Below, in pieces: positions 1 through 8,982 of a stretch of 64,000 nucleotides of DNA (its first letter is position 1; the number at the start of each line of letters is the position of its first letter). A program made the translations under genes and the position numbers. The DNA comes from Rhodothermales bacterium (GTDB lineage Bacteria > Bacteroidota > Rhodothermia > Rhodothermales > VXPQ01), in NCBI GenBank assembly GCA_040904565.1, contig JBBDTI010000054.1:32001-96000 (forward strand). Direction: 5' to 3'. The notes under the pieces were generated by a model. It was not told the origin of the DNA and did not search any database. It was given only the letters and a program-made list of their open reading frames with translations.

Positions 1-598
1 CGTGTCCGAAGTCCATCTCTTCGGTGAGACGCGTGAGGTCGCCGTCCATGATCTGGGCATGGTAATAGTCCAGCTGCACCGACACGTTCGTGCGATCAAT
101 CCGACGGACGAGCTCGGCGGCTTCTCCTTGATGCGCGAAGAGATAGCCTGGGACGTCGCGATCGTTCAAGGCCTCGATCAAGATGGTGAGTCCGTGTGCC
201 GCCGCGGCGTCCGCGGCGAAACGGATGTTCTCGACGAACGTCTGCTTGCAGCGCGCTCTGTCGCTGTCCGGGACGATGCCGGCCATGGCGTGCAGGTTGG
301 TGCAGCGGAGCGCGCGGGCATATTCGATGGCTTTTCCGACACTGTCTCGAAATGCCTCGCGCCGGTTGGGGAGAGCGGCCGTGCCGCGATCCCCGGCGTC
401 CCAGTCGCCCGGCGGCAGGTTGAACAGTACCTGTTCGAGATCGAGGTCGTCAAGCAGCCCGCGCAGCTCCTTCGGGTCGTAGTCGTACGGAAAAAGGTAT
501 TCGACGGCCGTAAAGCCGGCGGCAGCGGCGCGCTCGAACCGCTGGAGGAACGGGACCTCCGTGAAGAGTGTGGAGAGGTTGGCGGCGAACCGTGGCAT
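1..598 (-). CDS. otnI: 2-oxo-tetronate isomerase / hydroxypyruvate isomerase family (3' end outside window)
   Basis: Not in the ORF track. Manual translation from ATG at 598 gives MPRFAANLSTLFTEVPFLQRFERAAAAGFTAVEYLFPY, the typical Hyi/OtnI N-terminus. Starts 3 bp after the otnC stop. Confidence 0.85.
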   Translation of the reverse strand, partial: MPRFAANLSTLFTEVPFLQRFERAAAAGFTAVEYLFPYDYDPKELRGLLDDLDLEQVLFNLPPGDWDAGDRGTAALPNRREAFRDSVGKAIEYARALRCTNLHAMAGIVPDSDRARCKQTFVENIRFAADAAAAHGLTILIEALNDRDVPGYLFAHQGEAAELVRRIDRTNVSVQLDYYHAQIMDGDLTRLTEEMDFGH

Positions 599-601
599 GA
601 A

Positions 602-1231
602 CTATCCTCGCAGCTCCGTAATTTCGTCGTCTGTCAGGTAGCGAACGTCCTCGTCCCGAAGGAGGAACCAGAGGCGGGCCGTTTCTTCCAGCTCTTCCGC
701 ATTGTCGACCGCCTCTTCGAAGTTGGACCCCAGCACGACCGGACCGTGAGAGGCGAGCAGGAAGGCTTCCGCGTCGCGCGTTCGGGCCAGCTCCGCAAGG
801 TCGCGGCCGATGCGCGGGTCGCCCGGCCGGTAGTACGGCACCACGGGCAGCTCTCCGATGCGCATGACGAAATAAGGCGTAAACGGGCGGATCGCATTGT
901 CGTAGTCGAGGTCGCGACGGCAGGACAGGGCGGTCAGGTACGTCGAGTGAAGGTGCACGACGGCCCCGGCGCCCGGCCGTGCACCGTAGAGATCGAGGTG
1001 GAAGGCGAATTCCTTCGTGGGCTTCGCTCCGCTCAGCAAGGTGCCGTCCGACGCGATTTTGGAGAGCGATCCGGCGTCGAGCCGGCCCATGCAGGATCCG
1101 GTGGGTGTGACGAGGTACGTGTCGCCGGGCAGGCGGAGCGACAGGTTGCCGGCACCGCCGACGGCGTAGCCCCGGTCGAATAACGTGCGTCCGAGGCGGC
1201 ACATCTGTTCGCGAAGCTCGGTTTCCGTCAT
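602..1231 (-). CDS. otnC: 3-oxo-tetronate 4-phosphate decarboxylase (class II aldolase family)
   Basis: C-terminal part of ORF 602..2323, starting MTETELREQMC. Motifs GGAGNLS, TPTG, PTKE, HLHS, SHG. ATG overlaps the otnK stop. Confidence 0.88.
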   Translation of the reverse strand: MTETELREQMCRLGRTLFDRGYAVGGAGNLSLRLPGDTYLVTPTGSCMGRLDAGSLSKIASDGTLLSGAKPTKEFAFHLDLYGARPGAGAVVHLHSTYLTALSCRRDLDYDNAIRPFTPYFVMRIGELPVVPYYRPGDPRIGRDLAELARTRDAEAFLLASHGPVVLGSNFEEAVDNAEELEETARLWFLLRDEDVRYLTDDEITELRG

Positions 1232-2493
1232 GGTACGTCTCTCTGGCAATCGAAAAAAAAGCGCTCCGAGCCGAAATTGCCGGATTTCAGCGCCATCGAA
1301 TAGCTCCCGTCGATGGACCGCACCCACGGAACGCCGGGAGCGATCTGGGGTCCGACGTGAAATCCGTCGACGCCGAGGGCGTCCACGACCGCGCCGGAGG
1401 TTTCCCCCCCGGCGACTATAAAACGCGTCGTCCCGGCGTCTGCCAACAACCGGGCGAGCGATGCAAAGGTTCGCTCGACAGCCTCGCCCGCGTCCGGACC
1501 CATCCGCCGCTGGATCTCCTGCAGCGTACCGGGATCGGTCGTGGCATATACGAGGGGAGCGTGGCGGGACGATTGGTGGTCCTGCACCCATCCGGCCAGC
1601 TCTCGCGCGTAGGCCGGCGCGTCCAGGCACCGGTCGACGTCCATCGCCACGGCCGGTGCTGCTTCGGCATAGTGGCGGACCTGGGCGCGCGTCATGTCCG
1701 AGCATGAACCGGAAAGGATGACCGCTGGGCCGGCGTCCGGGCGGCCTGCCGCGGCGGCCTCGACGGGATCGATACGGTCGTCGACACACGCTCGCGCGAG
1801 TGCGGCGGCCAGCCCGGAGCCTCCCGTCGTCAGCGGCAGATCGCGGACGGCCCGGGCGAGTGTATCGAGATGTTCGGAGCGAAGCGCGTCGAGGACGACA
1901 TAGCGGATGCCGGCCCCTGCGAGGGTGTCGATTTCTCGACGAACGGCCGTCGCCCCGGCATCGACGACATCCGCCGGCACGACGCCGGCTCGTCCACGAG
2001 ACTGTGCTTCCATGAGCCGGCCGAGGTGGCTGTCGGTCATGGGTGTAATGGGGTGGTGACGCATGCCCGTCTCTTCGAGGAGGACGCCGTTCACGAAGAG
2101 ATACCCGTGATAGATCGTGCGGCCGTTCACCGGCAGGGCCGGACAGACGACGGTTACGTCGGCCTCCAGCCGATCCATCAGCGCGTCGGCTACCGGACCG
2201 ATATTGCCGTCGGTCGTGCTGTCGAACGTAGAACAATATTTCTGGTAGATGCGGTGCGCACCGTGCCGTTGCAGCCAGGCGAGGGCGGCGCAGCTGTGGC
2301 GGACGGCTTGCTCGGGTGGACAAGAACGCGACTTCAGGCTGATGACGATGGCCTGTGACGCTCCCTCCGCCTCGAAGTGTCTGTCATCGGCAGGTACTCC
2401 CACGAGCTGGGTCGTACGTACACCGGCCGCAACGAGAAATCCTGCCACGTCCGTGGCCCCCGTAAAGTCGTCCGCGATGATGCCGAGCTGCAT
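1228..2493 (-). CDS. otnK: 3-oxo-tetronate kinase (DUF1537 four-carbon acid sugar kinase)
   Basis: Motifs IADDFTGATD, KYCSTFDST, GNIGP, AGGETSG, LKSGNFG; operon context. Confidence 0.92.
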   Translation of the reverse strand: MQLGIIADDFTGATDVAGFLVAAGVRTTQLVGVPADDRHFEAEGASQAIVISLKSRSCPPEQAVRHSCAALAWLQRHGAHRIYQKYCSTFDSTTDGNIGPVADALMDRLEADVTVVCPALPVNGRTIYHGYLFVNGVLLEETGMRHHPITPMTDSHLGRLMEAQSRGRAGVVPADVVDAGATAVRREIDTLAGAGIRYVVLDALRSEHLDTLARAVRDLPLTTGGSGLAAALARACVDDRIDPVEAAAAGRPDAGPAVILSGSCSDMTRAQVRHYAEAAPAVAMDVDRCLDAPAYARELAGWVQDHQSSRHAPLVYATTDPGTLQEIQRRMGPDAGEAVERTFASLARLLADAGTTRFIVAGGETSGAVVDALGVDGFHVGPQIAPGVPWVRSIDGSYSMALKSGNFGSERFFFDCQRDVP

Positions 2494-2499
2494 GGCGAC

Positions 2500-3891
2500 C
2501 TAACCGAAGAGTCCGTAAAGGATGAGCAGCATCACGAGGGAGCTGAGCCAGCCCAGCGTCGTGGGTACGGACCAGGTCAGCATCTGCTGCTTCGCGTCCG
2601 TTACACCCAGCATCCGGTTGACGACCCAGAAATAGCTGTCGTTGAAGTAGCTGAAGACCATCGAGCCGATGGCGGCGGCCTGGGCGGCGAAGACCATGTT
2701 GACGTCGGGCATCGCCATGAGAATGGGTGCGGAGATGGACGCGCCCGTAATCATCGCCACCGTGCCGCTGCCCTGTACGAGGCGCATGATGCTCGCGATG
2801 GCAAACGGAATCAGTATGGCAGGAATGGCCAGTGTGGCGATGGACTCGCCGATGACGTCGCCGGCCCCGCTGTCGCGCAGTACGGCACCGAGCGCGCCGC
2901 CCGCTCCGGTGACGAGCAGGATAATGCCGGCGCTTTCGACGCCTTTCTCCATGTCCCGGACGACCTGATCGCGCGAGCGCCCGGGAACGAGCGTATAGGC
3001 GGCGAGCACGACGCCGATGCCGACGGCGATCACCGGATTGCCGACGTAGGCGAAGAACCGTATCCACGCGGCGCCTGCCAGGTCGGGGTTCATGTCCGCG
3101 AGGAACGAGGTGCCCGTGTTTAGAAAGATCAGGAAGATGGGCACCACGATCGGGGCCATGGAGAGGGTCACCGACGGCAGGTCCCTGGACCGTTCCGCTA
3201 CGTTCGACTTAAACGTTTCAAAGGCCTCCTCCGCACTCGGCACGTCTTCTTCCAGCGTTGTTTCGATCCGCGGGCCCATGCGGCGGGCATACCACACGAT
3301 GACTCCGATGCCTGGCAGCGTGCAGAGCGTGCCCCACATGATCATCAGCCCGATGTCGACGTCGAAAATGCCGGCGATGCCGAGTGGACCGGGCGTGGGC
3401 GGTATGGCGTGATGCGTCAGCATGAGTCCACCCGCGAGACAGATGCCGAGCGTAATGACCGACTTCCCCGTCGTCTTGCTCAGCGCTTTAACGAGCGGGA
3501 CGAGAATGACGAATGCGGAGTCGCAAAAGATGGGCACCGAGACGACGTATCCCGTCACGGTAAGTGCCCATTCCTCGCGTTTCTCCCCGAGCCATTCGAT
3601 CAGGCTGTACGCCATACGTTCGGCTGCGCCGGAGACTTCCAGCAGGCGACCCATCATCACCCCGAACCCGATCACGAGACCGATCGTCGAGAGCGTATTG
3701 CCGAAGCCCCGCGTTATCGAAGCAACGACCTCGTCCGCCGGCATCCCGCCTACGAGTCCGGCTACCGACGCCGCGGCTACGAGGGCGAGTACGGCGTGGA
3801 TTTTCGTCCGCAGAACGAGCAGCAAGAGCAGCAGGACCGCCAGCAGGAGTCCGCCGATGAGCTGCAGTTCGGATGGGGCGGCAGGGTCCAT
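2500..3891 (-). CDS. GntP family acid-sugar permease
   Basis: Multi-pass hydrophobic protein with PIFCDS, PPTPGP, GSGTVA and NDSYFW motifs. Start reassigned to MDPAAPS, which abuts the denD stop. Confidence 0.9.
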   Translation of the reverse strand: MDPAAPSELQLIGGLLLAVLLLLLLVLRTKIHAVLALVAAASVAGLVGGMPADEVVASITRGFGNTLSTIGLVIGFGVMMGRLLEVSGAAERMAYSLIEWLGEKREEWALTVTGYVVSVPIFCDSAFVILVPLVKALSKTTGKSVITLGICLAGGLMLTHHAIPPTPGPLGIAGIFDVDIGLMIMWGTLCTLPGIGVIVWYARRMGPRIETTLEEDVPSAEEAFETFKSNVAERSRDLPSVTLSMAPIVVPIFLIFLNTGTSFLADMNPDLAGAAWIRFFAYVGNPVIAVGIGVVLAAYTLVPGRSRDQVVRDMEKGVESAGIILLVTGAGGALGAVLRDSGAGDVIGESIATLAIPAILIPFAIASIMRLVQGSGTVAMITGASISAPILMAMPDVNMVFAAQAAAIGSMVFSYFNDSYFWVVNRMLGVTDAKQQMLTWSVPTTLGWLSSLVMLLILYGLFG

Positions 3892-4853
3892 CACGCAGCC
3901 TCTCGTCCCAGTTCGTCTACGTACTGGCGCACGACATCGTCGAAGCCGGCATCGCGGCGGAAGCCGAGGGCGAGGGCCCGTTGGACGTCGAAGGCTCCGG
4001 GCCAGCTGCAGACGATGTTCTTGATGCGTTCGTCTTCCTGGTGTCGGACGAGCCGGCGGGCCTTTTCCCCGCCGATACGCTCGAGACTGTCCAGCATCTG
4101 CCTCGGCGTGACCGTCAGGCCGGGCAGGTTGAGCGAGCGGCGCAGTCCGATCGGCGTCGCGTCCATTCCTACGGCGTGCGCCAGATTTTCGATCGCGGTA
4201 CCCGGCGAGCTGATCCACAGCCGGGTGTCGAGCGGAACGGGGCAGACGCTCTCTTCACCGTTCATGGGCTCTCGAATGATGCCGCTTACGAAGGACGAGG
4301 CCGCGGCATTGGGCGTACCGGCGCGGACGGTGATCGTCGGCAGGCGGCAGACGATGCCGTCGATGAAGCCCCGCCGGGTGTATTCGTTGAGTAGCAGCTC
4401 CGCGACGGCCTTTCCCGTTCCATAGGACGACTCCGGCGTGAGCACCATGTCGGGCGGCACGATCTCCGGCAGGTCCCCGCCGAACACCGCCAGGGAGCTC
4501 GAAAAAATGAAGCGCGGGGTGCGGCGTTCGAGCGCACGACACACCTCGAGCAAGTCCCGCGTCGCGTCGACGTTAATCTTCAACCCGAGATCGAACTCGT
4601 TCTCGGACTGTCCGCTCAAGACCGCAGCCAGATGAACGACGGCGTCGACGTCGTCGTCCACGATCCCCCGCACGTAAGGAGGATCTGCGATGGATCCGGT
4701 CCGCACGTCGATACGGTCGTCGTCGATCGCGCATCTGTTGAGGTCCGCGGCTATAATGGTATCGACGTTCGGCACCTGATCCGTACCGGACAACAGCATC
4801 TTGATGAGGCGGCTGCCGAGAAAGCCGGCGGCACCGGTTACCAGGATCTTCAT
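3891..4853 (-). CDS. denD: D-erythronate dehydrogenase (extended SDR)
   Basis: MKILVTGAAGFLG Rossmann motif, YGTGK catalytic YxxxK, and DenD-like RLPTI..R.G.PNAAASSF.SGIIREP and IVCSWP. Confidence 0.88.
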   Translation of the reverse strand: MKILVTGAAGFLGSRLIKMLLSGTDQVPNVDTIIAADLNRCAIDDDRIDVRTGSIADPPYVRGIVDDDVDAVVHLAAVLSGQSENEFDLGLKINVDATRDLLEVCRALERRTPRFIFSSSLAVFGGDLPEIVPPDMVLTPESSYGTGKAVAELLLNEYTRRGFIDGIVCRLPTITVRAGTPNAAASSFVSGIIREPMNGEESVCPVPLDTRLWISSPGTAIENLAHAVGMDATPIGLRRSLNLPGLTVTPRQMLDSLERIGGEKARRLVRHQEDERIKNIVCSWPGAFDVQRALALGFRRDAGFDDVVRQYVDELGREAA

Positions 4854-5004
4854 GGATATGCTGGTGGTGAACTGCTGCACTCCGTACGGTAGGTCGAGGC
4901 TGCAAGAAAGGGTGAAGGGAGGATCCGCGCAAGCGCAACGTGCCGACGTCGACGACATTCGACATCGATCATGATGCTATTTGAACTACCTGTTTGGAAG
5001 CTAG

Positions 5005-5982
5005 ATGAGATACGTAATAATCGGTACGGGAAATATTGCTCGAACGTACGTCTCGGCGGTCGACAAGCTCGACGGCCAGGAGATCGTCGGCTTCGTCTCG
5101 CGGAGCCCGCGACGGCCGTCGTTCGTGGAAGGAAACGTGGACGTCGCCGAAACCCTGGACGAGATCTCGGCGCCGTTTGACGCCGTGATTCTGGCCACAC
5201 CTCCCGGCCTCCATCACAAGGGTGCTGCCGCCGCCGCGGCGCAGGGTAAGCACGTTCTCTCGGAGAAGCCGCTGGACGTTACGCGAGCGAACATGGACGC
5301 GATGATCGACGCGTGCCGGCAGGCCGGCGTGAAGCTCGCCGTCGCGTATCAGCGTCGGATGAGTCCGGATAACCAGGCGCTTAAGAAGGTCCTCGACGAC
5401 GAGGGACTCGGACGCCTGTACGCGGCCGATCTTAGCGTCAAGTTTTATCGCGACCAGTCCTATTACGACAGCGCGCCGTACCGTGGTACGCTGGTAGAGG
5501 ATGGCGGAGGTCCGTTCGTGCAGCAGGCCTCGCACAACATAGATCTGTACAGCTGGTTCTTCGGGACGCCGAAGCAGGTCGTGAGTATGATGGGCACGCT
5601 GGCGCACGACATCGAAGTCGAGGACCACGGCGCGGCGCTGCTCCGGCACGACGACGGGATGATCGGCACGATTGTCGCCTCGACGCTGGCCAAACCGGGC
5701 TTTGCGGCTCGACTGGAGGTGCACGGCGAACGCGGATCCGTCGTTGCCGAAAACGACCGCATCACGACCTGGGAGGTCGACGGGGTTGCGAATCCGTCTA
5801 CAGAACCCGCCGGCGCGATCCACAGTGGGGCGTCCGTCTCCGTCGAAGACACGTTCGGACACGAAGCCATCCTGAACGATTTCGTGGAGGCGGTACGGGA
5901 CGATCGCGATCCGATGGTAACCGGCGAGTCGGCCCGCGAGGCCTCTCGTCTCATCCTGTGTATCTATGAAGGCGCCGTCTGA
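5005..5982 (+). CDS. Gfo/Idh/MocA family oxidoreductase
   Basis: IIGTGNIA Rossmann fold, EKP motif, GGG..QQASH.ID. Confidence 0.9.
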   Translation: MRYVIIGTGNIARTYVSAVDKLDGQEIVGFVSRSPRRPSFVEGNVDVAETLDEISAPFDAVILATPPGLHHKGAAAAAAQGKHVLSEKPLDVTRANMDAMIDACRQAGVKLAVAYQRRMSPDNQALKKVLDDEGLGRLYAADLSVKFYRDQSYYDSAPYRGTLVEDGGGPFVQQASHNIDLYSWFFGTPKQVVSMMGTLAHDIEVEDHGAALLRHDDGMIGTIVASTLAKPGFAARLEVHGERGSVVAENDRITTWEVDGVANPSTEPAGAIHSGASVSVEDTFGHEAILNDFVEAVRDDRDPMVTGESAREASRLILCIYEGAV

Positions 5983-6064
5983 CGGGGAGGTAGCCGTATA
6001 ATGATGGAGTGTCGAGCGATGATCGCGTTCACATATCGGAGCAACGAGCCATTTCAGGGCAAAC

Positions 6065-7180
6065 ATGATGACGAACATGCCATCGATTCGGTACATAACG
6101 ACAATCCACAATATGGCCGTTATGGCTGCACGCGCGGGCCTTATCCTGGGCGTTGCCCTCGTGGCGGCCGTGACGCCGGCGTGGGCGCAGGACGCCGTGC
6201 TATCGCGGGGATTCATTTTCGAGGACGTCCCGTTCGAGAGCGCGCACGCGTCGACGATCGTGGAGACGGCGCCGGGAGAGCTCCTTGCGGCGTGGTTCGG
6301 AGGGTCGGATGAAGGGGAGCCCGACGTCGAGATTTGGGTCGCGCGGAAGTCCGGCAGCGAGCCCTGGACGATGCCGCGGGCGGTCACGTCCTATCCGGAG
6401 ATGCCTTGCTGGAATCCGGTGCTCTATCACGGCGGCGAGACCACGACGCTGTACTTCAAAGTGGGACCGAGTCCACGCGAATGGGTTGGAGCGTACCGTA
6501 CGTCGGAGGATGGCGGGCAGACGTGGAGCGACGTGACGTACCTGCCTGCCGGACTCACCGGACCCATTCGAGCGAAACCGATCCGGCTGGAGGATGGGAC
6601 GCTGCTCGCCGGGACGTCGTTCGAGGCCGGATATACCGGCGGCACGCCGTCCGACGCCCCCTATCGCACCTGGTCGGTCTGGGTGGAACGGAGTACGGAC
6701 GGCGGCCGGACGTGGACGAAGCACGGGCCCATCGGCGTGCCGGGCGAACTCTATGGCGTCATTCAGCCTACGCTCTGGGAATCGTCACCGGGAGTCGTAC
6801 GGATGCTCATGCGTGCGACGGGCCGCATCGGCTACGTCCCGGAGGCGGTTTCGACCGACGGTGGCCGGACGTGGAGCCAGGCGCGGCCGACCCGATTGCC
6901 CAATCCGAACGCCGGGATCGACGTGGTCAAACTTAGTGACGGTCGCCTCGTCCTCATCTACAATCACACGGAGCGCGGCCGCAGCCCCATTCACCTGGCC
7001 GTTTCATCCGACGACGGCGCCACCTGGAGCGAGCCGCTCGTCCTCGAGGAAGGGCAGGGCGAGTTCTCCTATCCGGCCGTCATTCAAGCAGAAGACGGAC
7101 GGCTCCACGTCACCTATACGTGGCGACGGGAGCGCGTCCGTCATCTTGTCGTCGATGCCGAAACGCTTCCGGGTGGGTGA
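6065..7180 (+). CDS. Secreted BNR/Asp-box beta-propeller (sialidase-like); true start probably somewhat downstream
   Basis: Signal peptide ending PAWA-Q, four Asp boxes (S/T-x-DG-G/A-x-TW), HASTI, LPNPN and SYP motifs. Confidence 0.85.
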   Translation: MMTNMPSIRYITTIHNMAVMAARAGLILGVALVAAVTPAWAQDAVLSRGFIFEDVPFESAHASTIVETAPGELLAAWFGGSDEGEPDVEIWVARKSGSEPWTMPRAVTSYPEMPCWNPVLYHGGETTTLYFKVGPSPREWVGAYRTSEDGGQTWSDVTYLPAGLTGPIRAKPIRLEDGTLLAGTSFEAGYTGGTPSDAPYRTWSVWVERSTDGGRTWTKHGPIGVPGELYGVIQPTLWESSPGVVRMLMRATGRIGYVPEAVSTDGGRTWSQARPTRLPNPNAGIDVVKLSDGRLVLIYNHTERGRSPIHLAVSSDDGATWSEPLVLEEGQGEFSYPAVIQAEDGRLHVTYTWRRERVRHLVVDAETLPGG

Positions 7181-7212
7181 GACCCCCGGGCGGCCTCCGG
7201 CGTCGATTCAGG

Positions 7213-8052
7213 TCAACCGAGAATGTCGCTCAGGTACATAAAGCTGTTCGCGATAGCCGCGACCGGATCGCGTCCCGGCCGATCGTGCTCGACGATGCCG
7301 TAGCGCAGGCCGGATTGATCGGCGTGGTCGAAGATGGTCGGGAAGTCGATGCGGCCGCTGCCGACGTTGGCGAGTTCGCCGTCAGTGGTGAGATCCTTGA
7401 CGTGCCAGAGGTGGAAGCGTCCCGGATTCCGATTGAAGTAGGCCAGGGGATCGTGCCCGGCGTTCACGATCCACGCCAGATCGAGCTCCATCGCGACGAG
7501 GTCGTCGTCCGTCTCGTCGAGCAGAACGTCGTACGGGATCTGTCCGTCGATCTCCTCGAATTCGAAGCTGTGATTGTGGTAGCCGAACTGTATGTCATAC
7601 TCTCGCGCTTTTTCACCGAGCTCGTTGAAGGTCTGGGCAACGGACTTGTACGCGTCGATGTCGGAGCGCATGCTTCCCGGAAGAGACGGTACGATGGCGT
7701 ATTCCATTCCGAGCGTGGCGGCGCCTTCGAGCACCGCGTCCGCATCCTCCTGAAAATCATTCAGCCCGAAGTGTCCGGAGCGGGCGTGCAGGCCGATGTC
7801 GTCGATGATCTGCTTCATCTCGAGCGGTGAATGGCCGTAATAGCCTGCAAATTCCAGATTGCGGTAGCCGATTCTGTAGATGTCCTCCAGCGTGCCGACG
7901 ACATCGTCGCCGATGATGCTGCGCAGCGTGTAGAGCTGCACGCCGATGTTGGACAGGTCGGCGCGGGCGACGCCGGCGTAGCCGATGCGGCTCCATGCCA
8001 TGCCGCCGGCCAGGACGGCACCGGTGCGCTGTAAGAATGAACGACGATCCAT
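7213..8052 (-). CDS. Tat-exported sugar phosphate isomerase/epimerase (xylose isomerase-like TIM barrel)
   Basis: Start MDRRSFLQ (Tat motif), GVQLYTLR, YHNH, ELD, HVKD, VEHD. Confidence 0.9.
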   Translation of the reverse strand: MDRRSFLQRTGAVLAGGMAWSRIGYAGVARADLSNIGVQLYTLRSIIGDDVVGTLEDIYRIGYRNLEFAGYYGHSPLEMKQIIDDIGLHARSGHFGLNDFQEDADAVLEGAATLGMEYAIVPSLPGSMRSDIDAYKSVAQTFNELGEKAREYDIQFGYHNHSFEFEEIDGQIPYDVLLDETDDDLVAMELDLAWIVNAGHDPLAYFNRNPGRFHLWHVKDLTTDGELANVGSGRIDFPTIFDHADQSGLRYGIVEHDRPGRDPVAAIANSFMYLSDILG

Positions 8053-8134
8053 AATGATACCTCGATGCGATGAGTAAGAAACCTGCGTATGGTTGATTCC
8101 GTGCGTCCGTGGGGCGCAGAGCCCCGGACTCATG

Positions 8135-8647
8135 TTATTCATCGGCGACCCAGCGGTAGCGGGTCACCTGGGCGTTTTCACCGGGATCCCGGAAGCCGTC
8201 GTATTCGGCGACGTAGATACTGCCGTCGGGCCCCAGCTCCATCGATATCGGCGTCGTCAGCGTAAGCTGGTCGAAAAGCCGAACGTCGGTCAGGCGCGTC
8301 GCCGAAATCTCGACGCGATAGGGCGGCGTCCTGACGTCGCTTTCCCGGTCGTTTACGAAGGTACCGTCGACCATGTCTCCGTATTTGATCCAGCGTCGGG
8401 ACCAGTCGTAAACGAACACCTTTCCCTGGAGAAAATCCGGAAAGGCACCTTCACGTTCAAATCGATACGGCGGTCCGACCGTCGCCGAGCTGTGATCCAG
8501 CGCAGACCGGGCGAGCTCGTGATTGGCTTCGAGGTACTCCGCAATCTCAGCCGTCGACCGAGCCCGAAGCGGCGACGCCGCCAGCGCGAGGGCGACGATA
8601 AAACAGAACAGGGTTGAATTCCGCAATGCGGGTTCGATATACTTCAT
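8135..8647 (-). pseudogene. Probable remnant of a glucose/sorbosone dehydrogenase-type beta-propeller: signal peptide joined to the last blades
   Basis: Signal peptide, then GPPY..FPDFLQGKVFVYDWSRRWIK and PISMELGPDGSIYVAEY, which normally lie at the C-terminal end of a propeller several hundred residues long. Confidence 0.55.
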
Positions 8648-8982
8648 TTTCGTTAGAGACGTCCTGGTGTAACTGCGTCAAGGCGGCGTATGGACTCTAC
8701 GCCGCACAGCCGTGCATTATAATCGCTACGTCGCGCGGAAGGTAGCGAAGTTGTCACGACTTGCACTATCCTGGGATGAAGTGAATGTGAGTCCATCGCG
8801 CGTACGTCCAAATGGATTCACGGATCCGATCGGGCGGCAGAACGCAAGCTGCCTGTGGCCCGGATGCGGTTCATTCCGGCCTGCACCGAGAAGGCTGTCT
8901 TCGACCTGCCGGCGAAAAGTGGTATCATCGGACGAGCACGGACCGCGAGAATCGTGTCACAGGAGGACGAGGTACGACGAGT

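Noticed and set aside
2-1183. Long plus-strand ORF (393 aa) and similar antisense ORFs such as 4969..6387, 34644..36224, 36267..37625, 61034..62530
   Set aside because: They shadow well-supported genes on the opposite strand, lack family motifs, and are expected in high-GC DNA.
1232-2323. Apparent long N-terminal extension of otnC; similar extensions on gntP, 29901..32999, 36213..37907, 48806..49717 and 58871..60484
   Set aside because: The extensions are Arg/Pro-rich read-through of other frames or intergenic DNA; internal starts match the family N-termini.
6065-7180. Calling this a true sialidase (nanH)
   Set aside because: Asp boxes are present but the RIP motif is not evident, so the substrate cannot be assigned.
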